The notes beneath the pieces are model-generated. The model was not told where the DNA came from. It worked only from the letters and a program-made list of their open reading frames with translations, and ran no database searches. Below are positions 48,596 to 58,196 of a stretch of DNA of 64,000 nt, piece after piece (position 1 is the stretch's first letter; each line of letters begins with the position of its first letter). Source of the stretch: Thermoplasmataceae archaeon (GTDB taxonomy: Archaea; Thermoplasmatota; Thermoplasmata; Thermoplasmatales; Thermoplasmataceae); the NCBI GenBank assembly GCA_038729425.1, contig JAVYSB010000001.1, positions 143,927 to 207,926 on the forward strand, in the 5' to 3' direction. A program made the position numbers and the translations under genes.

Positions 48596-49450
48596 TTATT
48601 GCCGTCCCGTATTATTTTTTATCTCGGGTAGCCGGGCATCGCCTTTCCTGGAAGTCCTCGCCATTACTATGAAGGTTACGACGACTGCGAAGCCTATGAT
48701 GGAGAGCTGGTACTGGGTGTAGCTGAAAAAATCATAAATAGCGAAAAGAAGGGCCCCCACTATGGCACCTCCTACCATGGAGAAACCAAGATCTGCCAGC
48801 CTTTCCCTCTGGTGATCCTTTTCCCTGAGGTAAATGGAAAAAACAATGGCGATCGTGGAAACAATGAAAAGGATGAGGAGTTCATATCCTATGGTAATCT
48901 GAAAGTTAGCCATGGGCAGGAATTCCTGATATCCGTAAACAAAAAGTTCGTAATAGGACTCAACGTCGAGCCCCAATACAAGTCCAATGGCACTCATGAA
49001 TGAAAGCGCAAACTCATGCATAGCGGCTATTATTGTAAGCTCATCCAGCATGGATCCCAGGGAGAGTAGAAGAAGGCCCATTGCCCTTGCTGGACCGCGA
49101 GACAATATACCTTCGGCTATAAAGATTAGAACCAGGGCAAAGACAAAGGCAAAAGCCGTGGAAAGTTCCAGAGGAAGAGCAAAAATGCGCAGATAATAGT
49201 ATGTTGACGGGTTAAAATTGTAAGTCAAGGTAGCGAGTATGAGAAGAAGAACCGCAATTGCGGAAACAGGGTAAACAGTATGCCTGAAACGAAACGGTAC
49301 AAGGTATTTAACGAACGGCAAGGACGAGAGTACAACAAGAATGATAATATCCAGGTAGGGGTAAAAATATGGGAAGATGTAAATGTATATGAAGATGGCG
49401 GGGGCAAATATCAAAGCGTTTAAAGCAATATTGAAAGCAGATCTTGCCAT
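48596..49450 (-). CDS. Polytopic membrane protein of unknown function, last gene of the MoxR/DUF58 module
   Basis: 284 aa, about 7-8 TM. Its start abuts the DUF58 stop with no gap. Confidence 0.55.
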   Translation of the reverse strand: MARSAFNIALNALIFAPAIFIYIYIFPYFYPYLDIIILVVLSSLPFVKYLVPFRFRHTVYPVSAIAVLLLILATLTYNFNPSTYYYLRIFALPLELSTAFAFVFALVLIFIAEGILSRGPARAMGLLLLSLGSMLDELTIIAAMHEFALSFMSAIGLVLGLDVESYYELFVYGYQEFLPMANFQITIGYELLILFIVSTIAIVFSIYLREKDHQRERLADLGFSMVGGAIVGALLFAIYDFFSYTQYQLSIIGFAVVVTFIVMARTSRKGDARLPEIKNNTGRQ

Positions 49451-50764
49451 TCACGCACCCTCATTCGTCAGTTTTCCGTATCTGTATTCTGCCATAATCT
49501 TGTAAAGAAGATCCTTTTCCCTTGATACTGAAGATCTAATCCCCAGAGAATTAAAGAATCTCGACAGTGCGCTGAGGTATCTATAATGTTTAAGGCCTGA
49601 ATCAGTCATGAGGGCGCTGTAAACCTCATCATTCCTCTTCTCCATGAAATCATAGGGATCTAGGATGAAAAGAGATACCCTGTCCTTGGTCTCGAATTCT
49701 TTTCTTGTTCCCTTCTGAAATCTTTCAGGATAAGAGAAGGGTGTTATTATGAAGACAAGGGCGTTCTTCTTCACATTCTTTCTGATTCTATCGAATGACT
49801 GGAATATGGAGAAATCCCCATGAGGCCTTATCTCTGAGACAGTTTGCTCAAACTTTCTTATGGATTCCTGCGACTTCTTTGCCGGTATGTAATAATCGTA
49901 CTTTGAGGAATTTATTATATAACCAACGCCATCATGGTTCTTCACTATGCTGTATGAGGCGTTCATTATTGTCGATATCACGAAATCATACATCCTCTTC
50001 TGCCTAGTTCCCTGATTCATCCCAATTCCATAGTCTACGACAAAGATCACGTCAATCTGTCGCTCCTCCTCCATCTGCTTTATGTAGATATCTTCGCCGT
50101 TAAGGAACCCGTATCTGCTCCATGCAACATATTTCAGGTCATCAGATTCGTTATACGGCCGGATTCCATAGAAGTTGTATCCCTGACCTATTTTCTGGGA
50201 ATAATGTATGCCGTAGGTGAACTTGAGATTGCTCAGCCTCTCGCTCCTCTGCGTATATATGTCAGATATGGCTGGAGATATGATCATCTCATCCACAACG
50301 GGTGCAGCAAAGGAAGATATGCATAGCTTCATCGGGTCTTCTGCATAAATAATCACCGGCCCGACCTTGTATTTTCCAATGGCTATGGAAGCGATAGAAT
50401 AGTCTCTCCTGACTTCCTCTCCAGGCTTGAGCGTGATGTATCCCTGAAAATCGCCGCCGGTGTTGAATACATCGGAAAGTGTGTCATAATAGTGAAAGTA
50501 AACCGTCCGCTTGCTCTGGTTGGAGAAAAAGATACGCACGGGGCGCATCTCGAATTTTCTGGCAGTGTTCACGTCAAGTTCCCTTCTTACGCTGATTTTG
50601 GTTATGTTTTTCGACAGGCCAGTATTGAAGGCTACAACGTCGCTTGAGACAATGAAAAACAGGATCATGAGAGCTACGATATAGTAGCCATAACCAAGAA
50701 AAAGAGCTTCGAGGAGACCGCCAACAATGATCCCCAGTACTATGTATCCAGTCTTTCTTATCAT
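49451..50764 (-). CDS. DUF58-family protein (two N-terminal TM helices, beta-sandwich, VWA-like domain)
   Basis: SDDLKYVAWSRYG...IDVIFVVDYG matches the DUF58 core (DxRxIxW...). There is a 4-nt overlap with the moxR stop. Confidence 0.75.
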   Translation of the reverse strand: MIRKTGYIVLGIIVGGLLEALFLGYGYYIVALMILFFIVSSDVVAFNTGLSKNITKISVRRELDVNTARKFEMRPVRIFFSNQSKRTVYFHYYDTLSDVFNTGGDFQGYITLKPGEEVRRDYSIASIAIGKYKVGPVIIYAEDPMKLCISSFAAPVVDEMIISPAISDIYTQRSERLSNLKFTYGIHYSQKIGQGYNFYGIRPYNESDDLKYVAWSRYGFLNGEDIYIKQMEEERQIDVIFVVDYGIGMNQGTRQKRMYDFVISTIMNASYSIVKNHDGVGYIINSSKYDYYIPAKKSQESIRKFEQTVSEIRPHGDFSIFQSFDRIRKNVKKNALVFIITPFSYPERFQKGTRKEFETKDRVSLFILDPYDFMEKRNDEVYSALMTDSGLKHYRYLSALSRFFNSLGIRSSVSREKDLLYKIMAEYRYGKLTNEGA

Positions 50765-51729
50765 ACTGGGATCTCTACTTCGCCCACTATTCTATCTATG
50801 ATCTTATTTACAGCCCCAACTGGATCAGACGAACTGTCGATCATTGCCTCCGGCTTCAGCAAGATCCTGTGATTCAGCAGTTCTCGCGAGATTGACACGA
50901 TATCTTCAGGTATCACGTAGTTCCTCCCGTTGATCAATGCGTTCGCCCTGACCGCCTTGAGGTATTTCGCAGTCGTCCTCGGGCTTGCTCCGAGATAAAC
51001 GAGATCGCTTTCCCTTGTCCTCCTGATGAGATCTACTATGTATACCTTGACTTCCTGAGAAATGTAAACGTTATCCACAGCCTGCCTGAGTTTAAGAATC
51101 TGGTCAGCGTTCATCTGGTTCTCCTTTATCTGTGCCCTGTTGGTAATGGAGTTCAGTATGTTGATTTCTTCCTCCCTTGTGGGATAACCAAGGTTATACC
51201 TGAAAAGGAACCTGTCCATCAGCGCCTCCGCAAGTGGGAATGTGCCCTCCTGTTCCACTGGGTTCTGGGTCGCAATTACCAGGTAGGGTTCAGGCAATAT
51301 GTGATCTTCGCCGCCAACTGAGACCTTGTGTTCCTCCATCGCCTCCAGCAGCGCCGATTGAACTTTGGCCGGAGTCCTGTTAATCTCGTCTGCTAAAATC
51401 AGGTTTGAGAATACCGGCCCCTGTCTGAATTCCATCTTTCTGGATTCCAGGTTAAAGACAATGCTCCCAGTGATATCCGATGGCAGCATGTCAGGTGTGA
51501 ACTGAATCCTGTTAAAATCGATTCCAATCTCTTTCGCGAACTGGCTAGCGAGCATTGTCTTGGCCAGCCCAGGCACACCTTCGAGCAGAATATGGTTTCC
51601 GCTCATTAGCGCTATAAACATAAAGCGCACAATGCGTTCTGAACCGACAACCACCTTCCCCATATCCGCCTGGATCTGTTTGACTGTTGCCCTGAGTTCG
51701 AGCAGATCATCGCCATTGACTTCTGTCAT
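50761..51729 (-). CDS. MoxR-family AAA+ ATPase
   Basis: ILLEGVPGLAKTMLA (Walker A) and LILADEINRTPAKVQSALLEAMEE (Walker B plus the MoxR signature). Length is 322 aa. Confidence 0.9.
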   Translation of the reverse strand: MTEVNGDDLLELRATVKQIQADMGKVVVGSERIVRFMFIALMSGNHILLEGVPGLAKTMLASQFAKEIGIDFNRIQFTPDMLPSDITGSIVFNLESRKMEFRQGPVFSNLILADEINRTPAKVQSALLEAMEEHKVSVGGEDHILPEPYLVIATQNPVEQEGTFPLAEALMDRFLFRYNLGYPTREEEINILNSITNRAQIKENQMNADQILKLRQAVDNVYISQEVKVYIVDLIRRTRESDLVYLGASPRTTAKYLKAVRANALINGRNYVIPEDIVSISRELLNHRILLKPEAMIDSSSDPVGAVNKIIDRIVGEVEIPV

Positions 51730-52235
51730 CTTTGATTGACACCTTCCTTCACTGAGCTTAACTCGAAACGCTCCATTTTTAGCCTCCTAACATTAGCGTA
51801 GAGATCGAGTATGCTCTTGAACGTTTGTTGTTTTAGCTCTTCTCCCCTTTTTTTCCTTTTTTTGTAGGTAGATTTGCTCATACTCTCGTACTTTCTGTAT
51901 GCCTTCAGGAGACGCCTGAAGTCTTCTGAACTACTTTTCAACACGTCAAAATCCGCACCTATGTCTGTCAGATACTTTTCATAATTATTGCTCTGAATAA
52001 TTTTCACCTCCAGGTTAAATCTGTCTGTTGGCAGGTCGAATGGTTCCTTCATCTGTTCTAGTGTCGGAGGTGCGTCTATTTTTGTGCGTTTTGAGAGCCT
52101 TTGGTACGCCACCGACATCACGAGTACAAGGAATACAGGGATAATGAATCTGAAAAGGATCTGCGGGGCACTACTAATATTGGAGATAAATGTCGAAAGC
52201 GCGGTCGAGAGTAATCCGCCAGCTCCGGCTGCCAT
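51726..52235 (-). CDS. Single-pass membrane protein with a K/R-rich helical tail, unknown function
   Basis: 169 aa. The TM is FRFIIPVFLVLVMSVAY. There is a 4-nt overlap with the moxR start, and the gene begins 1 nt after the stop of the 1179-aa gene. Confidence 0.55.
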   Translation of the reverse strand: MAAGAGGLLSTALSTFISNISSAPQILFRFIIPVFLVLVMSVAYQRLSKRTKIDAPPTLEQMKEPFDLPTDRFNLEVKIIQSNNYEKYLTDIGADFDVLKSSSEDFRRLLKAYRKYESMSKSTYKKRKKRGEELKQQTFKSILDLYANVRRLKMERFELSSVKEGVNQR

Positions 52236-52236
52236 T

Positions 52237-55200
52237 TCATATCACCCCGCCGGTAAGGTATGTATCGTAAAAGTAAACGGTGACTATCAAATGAGGAGGA
52301 GCGGTAGTCAATGAATCGGAATATATGTCAATTGCTAACTTGGACCCACTTGTATAAGCGATATAGCTAAGCAGCGTCAGGTTAGTTAATTCCTGCCCCG
52401 AGCTTTCTGAAACAGGAACGCTGGAGTTGTCAAAGCGAAGTGTAACAGGTGAAGTCCATGTCTCGTTCGTCGATATGCCGTATATCAGCACCTTTCCGCC
52501 GTCAGGAACTGAGGTTAGGTTTGCAGTCTCATTACCATCTGTCTGAGACGCTTTAAGCACCTGACTCGAGGGAGTTACAGTAAAGTTTACGCTCTCGTTA
52601 TAACTGGTTTCACTGAGCAGAAACTGCAAGGATTCATACAGGTTCCCATCAATAAAAGCGTTGAATACAAACGTACCGCTTGTCAGGTTCTCGTAGGTAA
52701 TCGGTTTCACTATCGCTGTCTGCACTGGCATGTAAGGGGTTACATTGAAACTCCACGGCAGGACTGAATTGTTTTTGATTTCCAGCAGGTAGTTTTTGAC
52801 CGTTTCATTGTAAAGCCTGTCCTTTCCGGAGATATTGCCATAGAATGATGCCGGTACATAGTGTGGATTGATGTAGCTGAAATCATAGGTACCATTCTGC
52901 ACAAAAAATGAGAAATCGGTACCGTTCGTAAGGTTGGTTGTCTTGCCGGTTATGGGCAGCACGGAGTTCGAAACGTTCAAGGAATCAGGTACGTGCCATG
53001 AATAGTTGTATACGCTGTTCAAATGCATCGTGTCATTATAAAGCGTGGCAGGATTCAGTGCAAATAGTTCACTTCCGGATGGCCCTTCCAGTGAGAACAA
53101 TTTGCTGCTGTTCTTGTATTGCACCATTGAAACAAGGAAGGCCATGGAACCTGTCAGATTCATGGTTATAGTGTACTGTCCGGAGCTATCTGTTTTACCC
53201 ATGAACCTGTAAATAGCTCCATCTATCTTGATGAATCCTAGGAAGTAGGTATTTTCTATTGGCACAGATGATGATGAATTCTCAAGGCTCGCAGTCAAGC
53301 TGACTGGGTTAGTGGTATTATTGGTCAGCGCGTATGCCAGGCTATCCGAGGAATTTGACAAATCTCCTGCAAGTGCCGTATAGGAGAGGAACGGGACTCC
53401 TGTGCCGGATTGCCCAGATAGCAGGCTAACACCATTCCCGATTGTATCGAGCGGCGTCAAAACCGCATCTGAGATGAATGGCCCAGTAATAGCAAAAGCT
53501 GATGTTGTATAGTTATAGTAACCGGGAGCGTCAAACCGCAGAGTATAGTCACTTGAGGTATCATTCACCAAGTATATGGAATAGTATCCAGAGCTATCAG
53601 AACTATTTTGCCTGGCAAGATAATTATTTCCGTCTATACCAACAAGAATAACCGACGTGTTCACTGGATTGCCTGCAATATTTTTTACTGATCCTGATAC
53701 AGTATTCACGTATTGCGGCAGTGGTTTAAGCGAGAAATTCAGGTCCTGTAATGTGTTTAAGCTGCTTATACTGAACTCAATTGAGTGCGTATAGTAGTAC
53801 GGAGAGAAAACTATCATCTTATACTGTCCTTGGAAGTTTATTCCCACTATATACTGCCCTGCCGAGCTGGTTGTGACGTTATCATAGTAGTAAACACCAC
53901 TCACATTAATCAGGAAGAGAATATGTGTGTTGAATACGGGGAGTGAGTTGTTGGCATTGGTAACCTTACCAGTGATCTCAAAATTGCCTGGTGCATTAAA
54001 ATTGATATTCGAACCGTTACCAGACCCTGCGAGGAAGCTGGTTACATTACCACTCTCAGGTCCGTTAACCCCGTATGTCCCCGTTCCCGTGTTACTGCCA
54101 AGGAAGGGCTGCCGGAAGTCCAATGTAATATTAACATCGTACTTCGGACTATTCACATCTACAACCCCAGTATAATTTGTAACGAATGAAATGCCCGAAG
54201 CTGAAAACGTGTAATTTCCTTCGAAGATCGTAAGCGAGTATTCACCATTACCAGCAGTTTTGTTTAATTTGGATGAAACGTTCTGCACCTGGTTATTTGA
54301 AATCTTGTAAACATAGTTCGCAGTTACGGTTATACCGCTCAGGAGATTCCCAGCTTGATCTTTCACAAAGCCGGTAACTGTGAACACGTGACTACCATAC
54401 GGTGTCAGATTGAAATTCCAGTACTGTACCGGCACATTGATGCCTATGGAAAAATTGTACTGATAATAGAATGGAGAATATACAACAAAGAAGTAATGGC
54501 CCGGATAGTAGAGAGGGACCTGATAGAAGCCGGTATTGTTGGTAGTTACATTTTTATAGAAAATTGTTCCATTAATCTCTAGGAAAAACCTTACCTCCGT
54601 CAGCGCCACCCTCTGGCTTGTGGTTTTGTCAGTGATGTTGCCTACCAGCAGGTAATTCGAAGGTCCGTTTCCATAATTTATAGTTGACGAATTCCCATTA
54701 CCGCCAAGGGTTCCGGAGATGTTGGACCCTGCAGAAGGTGGGACTCCGGATACACCGGTGCCTGAACCGCTGCCGGAACCAATGTTATTTGTGAATGGGT
54801 TGACGTTAATGAGTGTTATATTCACATCAGTCAGGTTTCTGTCCACGAACGTTTTTGTCTCTCCAACCCCGAATCCGACTTTAATGGCTGCAACGTACGT
54901 GCTCCCGTAGGCAGCAGTTATGTTGTAAAATCCAGAATTGTTCGTCAGAGTTGTATTGGACGGGGAAGGCACGGAAACCGTGGCGCTTGCGATTGGTTGC
55001 TTGAGATCGTTAAAGACATATCCACTGACACTATAGTACTTCAGAGGAAGGATGCCGATAAGATACGGATCGTTTTTCGAACCCTGCGGTCCGGATACAT
55101 TGAGATATGCAGGGTGCGTCTCCTTTGAAAACTGCGTCGAGGTTACGGTGATTGCATATGAATCGAAATACGCAGACACATTGAGGTAACCATTGTGACC

Positions 55201-55776
55201 CGATTGCACGTCAATATAATCCTGCGGTCCAAAATAACCCTGCAATTGGAGTGGCACGTCAGGCTCAGGAAGCTGAGGAGAGGATTTATATCCAATGGTC
55301 TCTAGCTCGTACTTATATGGAGTGGCCGGAACGAAAGACATGTTGTTCCATACAGAGTTCCCGAAAACGCTCAACGAAATTAGCTTTGTATTGTATTTAT
55401 AGACAGCGAAAAGGATGTTATATTCACCCGTATAAAGCACGGTGAATTTGTAAAATCCATTACTGTTAGTATATGTTGTTGTCTGAGCCGCTGAAACGAA
55501 AGCAAACAGGTCAGCGTTTCCAATGGGCTGGCCGTCACTGCCGTTTGTAATGTAACCCTGGATCACAACGGAGGATTGCTGCTGAGGTAAAATGGACGTC
55601 CTCCCGCTCCCAAATCCATTCCCTATGCCTATACCATTATATCCCTGGATCTGGAACACCTGGAACTTCTCATTTATGTTCGGGACGCCGCTTGGATAGC
55701 TTACATGAAAATAAGAAAATACGAATGACACGAGGACTATGCCTACTACCAATAGTGCAACTGCCTTCGCGTTCAT
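52237..55776 (-). CDS. Giant N-terminally anchored extracellular protein with CarboxypepD_reg-like beta-sandwich repeats, probably heavily N-glycosylated
   Basis: 1179 aa. The N-terminal signal/anchor is AVALLVVGIVLVSFVF. It has repeated G(Y/F)V.N..G.P pattern domains and Gly/Ser/Asn linkers. I counted about 55 N-x-S/T sequons by hand. There are no Cys-rich or enzymatic motifs. Confidence 0.7.
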   Translation of the reverse strand: MNAKAVALLVVGIVLVSFVFSYFHVSYPSGVPNINEKFQVFQIQGYNGIGIGNGFGSGRTSILPQQQSSVVIQGYITNGSDGQPIGNADLFAFVSAAQTTTYTNSNGFYKFTVLYTGEYNILFAVYKYNTKLISLSVFGNSVWNNMSFVPATPYKYELETIGYKSSPQLPEPDVPLQLQGYFGPQDYIDVQSGHNGYLNVSAYFDSYAITVTSTQFSKETHPAYLNVSGPQGSKNDPYLIGILPLKYYSVSGYVFNDLKQPIASATVSVPSPSNTTLTNNSGFYNITAAYGSTYVAAIKVGFGVGETKTFVDRNLTDVNITLINVNPFTNNIGSGSGSGTGVSGVPPSAGSNISGTLGGNGNSSTINYGNGPSNYLLVGNITDKTTSQRVALTEVRFFLEINGTIFYKNVTTNNTGFYQVPLYYPGHYFFVVYSPFYYQYNFSIGINVPVQYWNFNLTPYGSHVFTVTGFVKDQAGNLLSGITVTANYVYKISNNQVQNVSSKLNKTAGNGEYSLTIFEGNYTFSASGISFVTNYTGVVDVNSPKYDVNITLDFRQPFLGSNTGTGTYGVNGPESGNVTSFLAGSGNGSNINFNAPGNFEITGKVTNANNSLPVFNTHILFLINVSGVYYYDNVTTSSAGQYIVGINFQGQYKMIVFSPYYYTHSIEFSISSLNTLQDLNFSLKPLPQYVNTVSGSVKNIAGNPVNTSVILVGIDGNNYLARQNSSDSSGYYSIYLVNDTSSDYTLRFDAPGYYNYTTSAFAITGPFISDAVLTPLDTIGNGVSLLSGQSGTGVPFLSYTALAGDLSNSSDSLAYALTNNTTNPVSLTASLENSSSSVPIENTYFLGFIKIDGAIYRFMGKTDSSGQYTITMNLTGSMAFLVSMVQYKNSSKLFSLEGPSGSELFALNPATLYNDTMHLNSVYNYSWHVPDSLNVSNSVLPITGKTTNLTNGTDFSFFVQNGTYDFSYINPHYVPASFYGNISGKDRLYNETVKNYLLEIKNNSVLPWSFNVTPYMPVQTAIVKPITYENLTSGTFVFNAFIDGNLYESLQFLLSETSYNESVNFTVTPSSQVLKASQTDGNETANLTSVPDGGKVLIYGISTNETWTSPVTLRFDNSSVPVSESSGQELTNLTLLSYIAYTSGSKLAIDIYSDSLTTAPPHLIVTVYFYDTYLTGGVI
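53047..54804 (-). repeat. Three tandem ~225-aa protein modules inside the giant surface protein gene
   Basis: Residues ~325-460, ~553-686 and ~775-910 align. Examples: GSGSGSGTGVSGVPPSAG / GSNTGTGTYGVNGPESG / GQSGTGVPF, and EVRFFLEINGTIFYKNVTTNNTGFYQV / THILFLINVSGVYYYDNVTTSSAGQYIV / NTYFLGFIKIDGAIYRFMGKTDSSGQYTI. Confidence 0.65.
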
Positions 55777-55797
55777 AATGGTTTACTAAACATTACT

Positions 55798-55805
55798 CCT
55801 ATAAA
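55798..55805 (-). promoter_or_regulatory. TATA-like box of the giant-protein/MoxR operon
   Basis: The minus strand reads gTATTTATAGGag, 22-29 nt upstream of ATG 55776. Confidence 0.4.
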
Positions 55806-55849
55806 TACCTTTGCAGACTTGCTTTAGTGTACATAAGACAAGCCACCCT

Positions 55850-57490
55850 TTAATTTCTTACTTTAACAGCAACTCCTTTCTTGAGGCTAACCATTGCATC
55901 TGCTGGCATCTTCGCAATCCCAACACCCCTGACCTCGCCTTCATGCACAAGGACAACCTCGTCCTCCTGCCTTATATCAGGTGACGCAGAAATAACGCCC
56001 ACTGCATAAACATTGGCGGTAGGCTTGAAATTGTCTATCTCGACAATACGCTTCATGGCTTCCACAAACCAAGGCGCTGCATTGCGATTAATGGTCATCT
56101 TCCCATTGGAGGGGTTATAAACCAGCATCACTTTTCCATTTTCCGTAAGGAGTTCAAAGTCGTAGTTTATCACCCTTTTAAGATTAGACATTTTTGGGAT
56201 GATCCAGCTTCCAAACTGGTATGAGGCAATTGATGCAATGGTCTGGAGCCTGTTCGATTGAGTAATCGTCCCATCCCTTTTTTTCGCATCCAGAACTTCG
56301 ATCAATTTCTTGCGCAGTTCTCTGAGATCGTCGCTGTTTCCCATCTCTCCCCTGATGAATGTGCTGCCAGCCGGAAGAGATTCCTCAAGAAATTCGAGAT
56401 CCTCCGGGAGGAAAGTAATTACGTCTGCGTAATGGTTCCTTGAGAAATACTCTGAAGCAAGCGTTGACATCATTTTCCTTTCATCTTGATACCAGTGACC
56501 TATTACTGGGATGTCGTAATACCTCGCAGGGTAACCTTCCTCAAGTTCTCTTGGAACCATGCCCACCGGAGAGGTCACGATAATTTCGTGAAGATATTTC
56601 CTGAACTCCCCGATCGCGGAGAACAGTTTCATGTGGCTCTTGCTACTGGAGTAAGGCTTTCTCGCGGAGCAGGGAATAACAAGCGCTATCTTTTCCCTTG
56701 GGGGGCTATAGTCTTCAAGTAGCTTGTTACGATATCTCACGAGGTCTGGTCTCTCCAGAGACTCTATGGAATTGGCATGAATGGATCCTGTTCTTGAGGG
56801 AAATACCCGTTCTGTTTCTTCTCCGTATCGAAAATCCATGATCCTCAGTATCTCCATGGCCTTGCTTGATACCTGGAATTTCTCAACCACATCTCTTAGT
56901 GTGCCGGATTTAATTGAGGCTGCAGTTAGGCTTATGATATTCCTTAAGAATTTAATGTTCTCATCAAGTGGATTATGATCAACTTTTATCCTTCCCAGCG
57001 GAGTATACTGAACCATATTAAGGCTCTCAATCCGTGCGTAACTGTCATCAAAGAATGAGACCCCGGCATATACTAGAACTGGTATAAGATACGGGTCCGA
57101 AATGCCCTGTGCATAGTAAAGTGAGCCAAATTTTTCTTTCCAGAAACTTTCCTGTATAACTTTCAGCAATCTTGATGGTCTCTGGATGAGTTCAGACCCG
57201 TTCGCCAAGATACTTAACTCATCCGTTTTCCAAATTGGAGATCCCCGCTTCATGAAGTCAGGATATGCAAACCCTGCATCGAATGGTGTCTCCATTATGA
57301 CCAATTTTCCATTGCCTCTGGTCATAATCCTTGAATCAGTGGAATCGAGCACCGCTGGATACTGAAACTTTTCGTTGTATATGCCAGCACGCGCGAATCC
57401 GAAAATGGCTTGATCTTCAATCACGCTACTCCATTTCCCCGGGGAAAAAAACGTTTGCCTTTTGAAACCGACCACAACGAAATCATGCAC
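55850..57490 (-). CDS. arcS: Archaeosine synthase ArcS (TGT-like N-domain, DUF5591, C-terminal PUA)
   Basis: VIPCSARKPYSSSKSH fits the ArcS-specific PC-x3-KPY-x2-S-x2-H motif. The C-terminus has a PUA-like segment (VVLVHEGEVRGVGIAKM). The start is uncertain. Confidence 0.75.
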   Translation of the reverse strand: MHDFVVVGFKRQTFFSPGKWSSVIEDQAIFGFARAGIYNEKFQYPAVLDSTDSRIMTRGNGKLVIMETPFDAGFAYPDFMKRGSPIWKTDELSILANGSELIQRPSRLLKVIQESFWKEKFGSLYYAQGISDPYLIPVLVYAGVSFFDDSYARIESLNMVQYTPLGRIKVDHNPLDENIKFLRNIISLTAASIKSGTLRDVVEKFQVSSKAMEILRIMDFRYGEETERVFPSRTGSIHANSIESLERPDLVRYRNKLLEDYSPPREKIALVIPCSARKPYSSSKSHMKLFSAIGEFRKYLHEIIVTSPVGMVPRELEEGYPARYYDIPVIGHWYQDERKMMSTLASEYFSRNHYADVITFLPEDLEFLEESLPAGSTFIRGEMGNSDDLRELRKKLIEVLDAKKRDGTITQSNRLQTIASIASYQFGSWIIPKMSNLKRVINYDFELLTENGKVMLVYNPSNGKMTINRNAAPWFVEAMKRIVEIDNFKPTANVYAVGVISASPDIRQEDEVVLVHEGEVRGVGIAKMPADAMVSLKKGVAVKVRN

Positions 57491-57590
57491 ATGCCTCGAT
57501 GAAAAATTAATTAAATCCTATGACCCTCAACCTATGCCAATTGTTAAATATCTAAGTAAAATAAGGCAGAAAAGTATTGAAGAGGTTTGG

Positions 57591-58196
57591 ATGAATCCTA
57601 AGAACACTAGCACTAACACCCAGAAATACGTTATTCCAGGCGACATTATATCTTCAACTGAAGAATATGTTGCGGGGAAGAACACAACTGAAATCGGAGG
57701 AAACATAATTTCTGCTGTCTATGGAACCGTTTATTTTGATGAGAATAACCTGACGGTATCAGTGATTAATTCTAAGAAAAAGATAAGTGCACACGTTGGG
57801 GATGTGGTATATGGGCAGATTACAAAAGTGGACAGGGGGAACGCAACACTCAAAATCTCCGCCATATATCAGGGTGATCAAGGGCTAGTATCATTCGACA
57901 AAGAATCCACTCTAAGAATGCCACGAGCTGGTGGAAGGGGAGAAGATCAGATGACTGGGCTCTCAGTGGGCGATCTGGTCAGGGCTAAAGTCACGAGAAC
58001 AGGCAGAGGAATAGAAGTCTCCATATTCGGGAGACATTTTGGTGTAATAAAAACAGTATGCCACAAATGCCGGAACCCGCTTACGCTCAAAGGGGATAGC
58101 CTTTATTGCGATAACTGCGAAAGAGCCGAGAGTCGTAAGATAACTGATGATTATGGAGCGGTGATGGAATTTGGTGATGTTAATGAAAGAAGATAA
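57591..58196 (+). CDS. csl4: Exosome complex RNA-binding protein Csl4
   Basis: YVIPGDIISSTEEYVAGKNT is followed by an S1-like segment (VGDVVYGQITKV) and a zinc ribbon CHKCRNPL...CDNC. I chose the internal ATG, giving 201 aa. Confidence 0.8.
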   Translation: MNPKNTSTNTQKYVIPGDIISSTEEYVAGKNTTEIGGNIISAVYGTVYFDENNLTVSVINSKKKISAHVGDVVYGQITKVDRGNATLKISAIYQGDQGLVSFDKESTLRMPRAGGRGEDQMTGLSVGDLVRAKVTRTGRGIEVSIFGRHFGVIKTVCHKCRNPLTLKGDSLYCDNCERAESRKITDDYGAVMEFGDVNERR

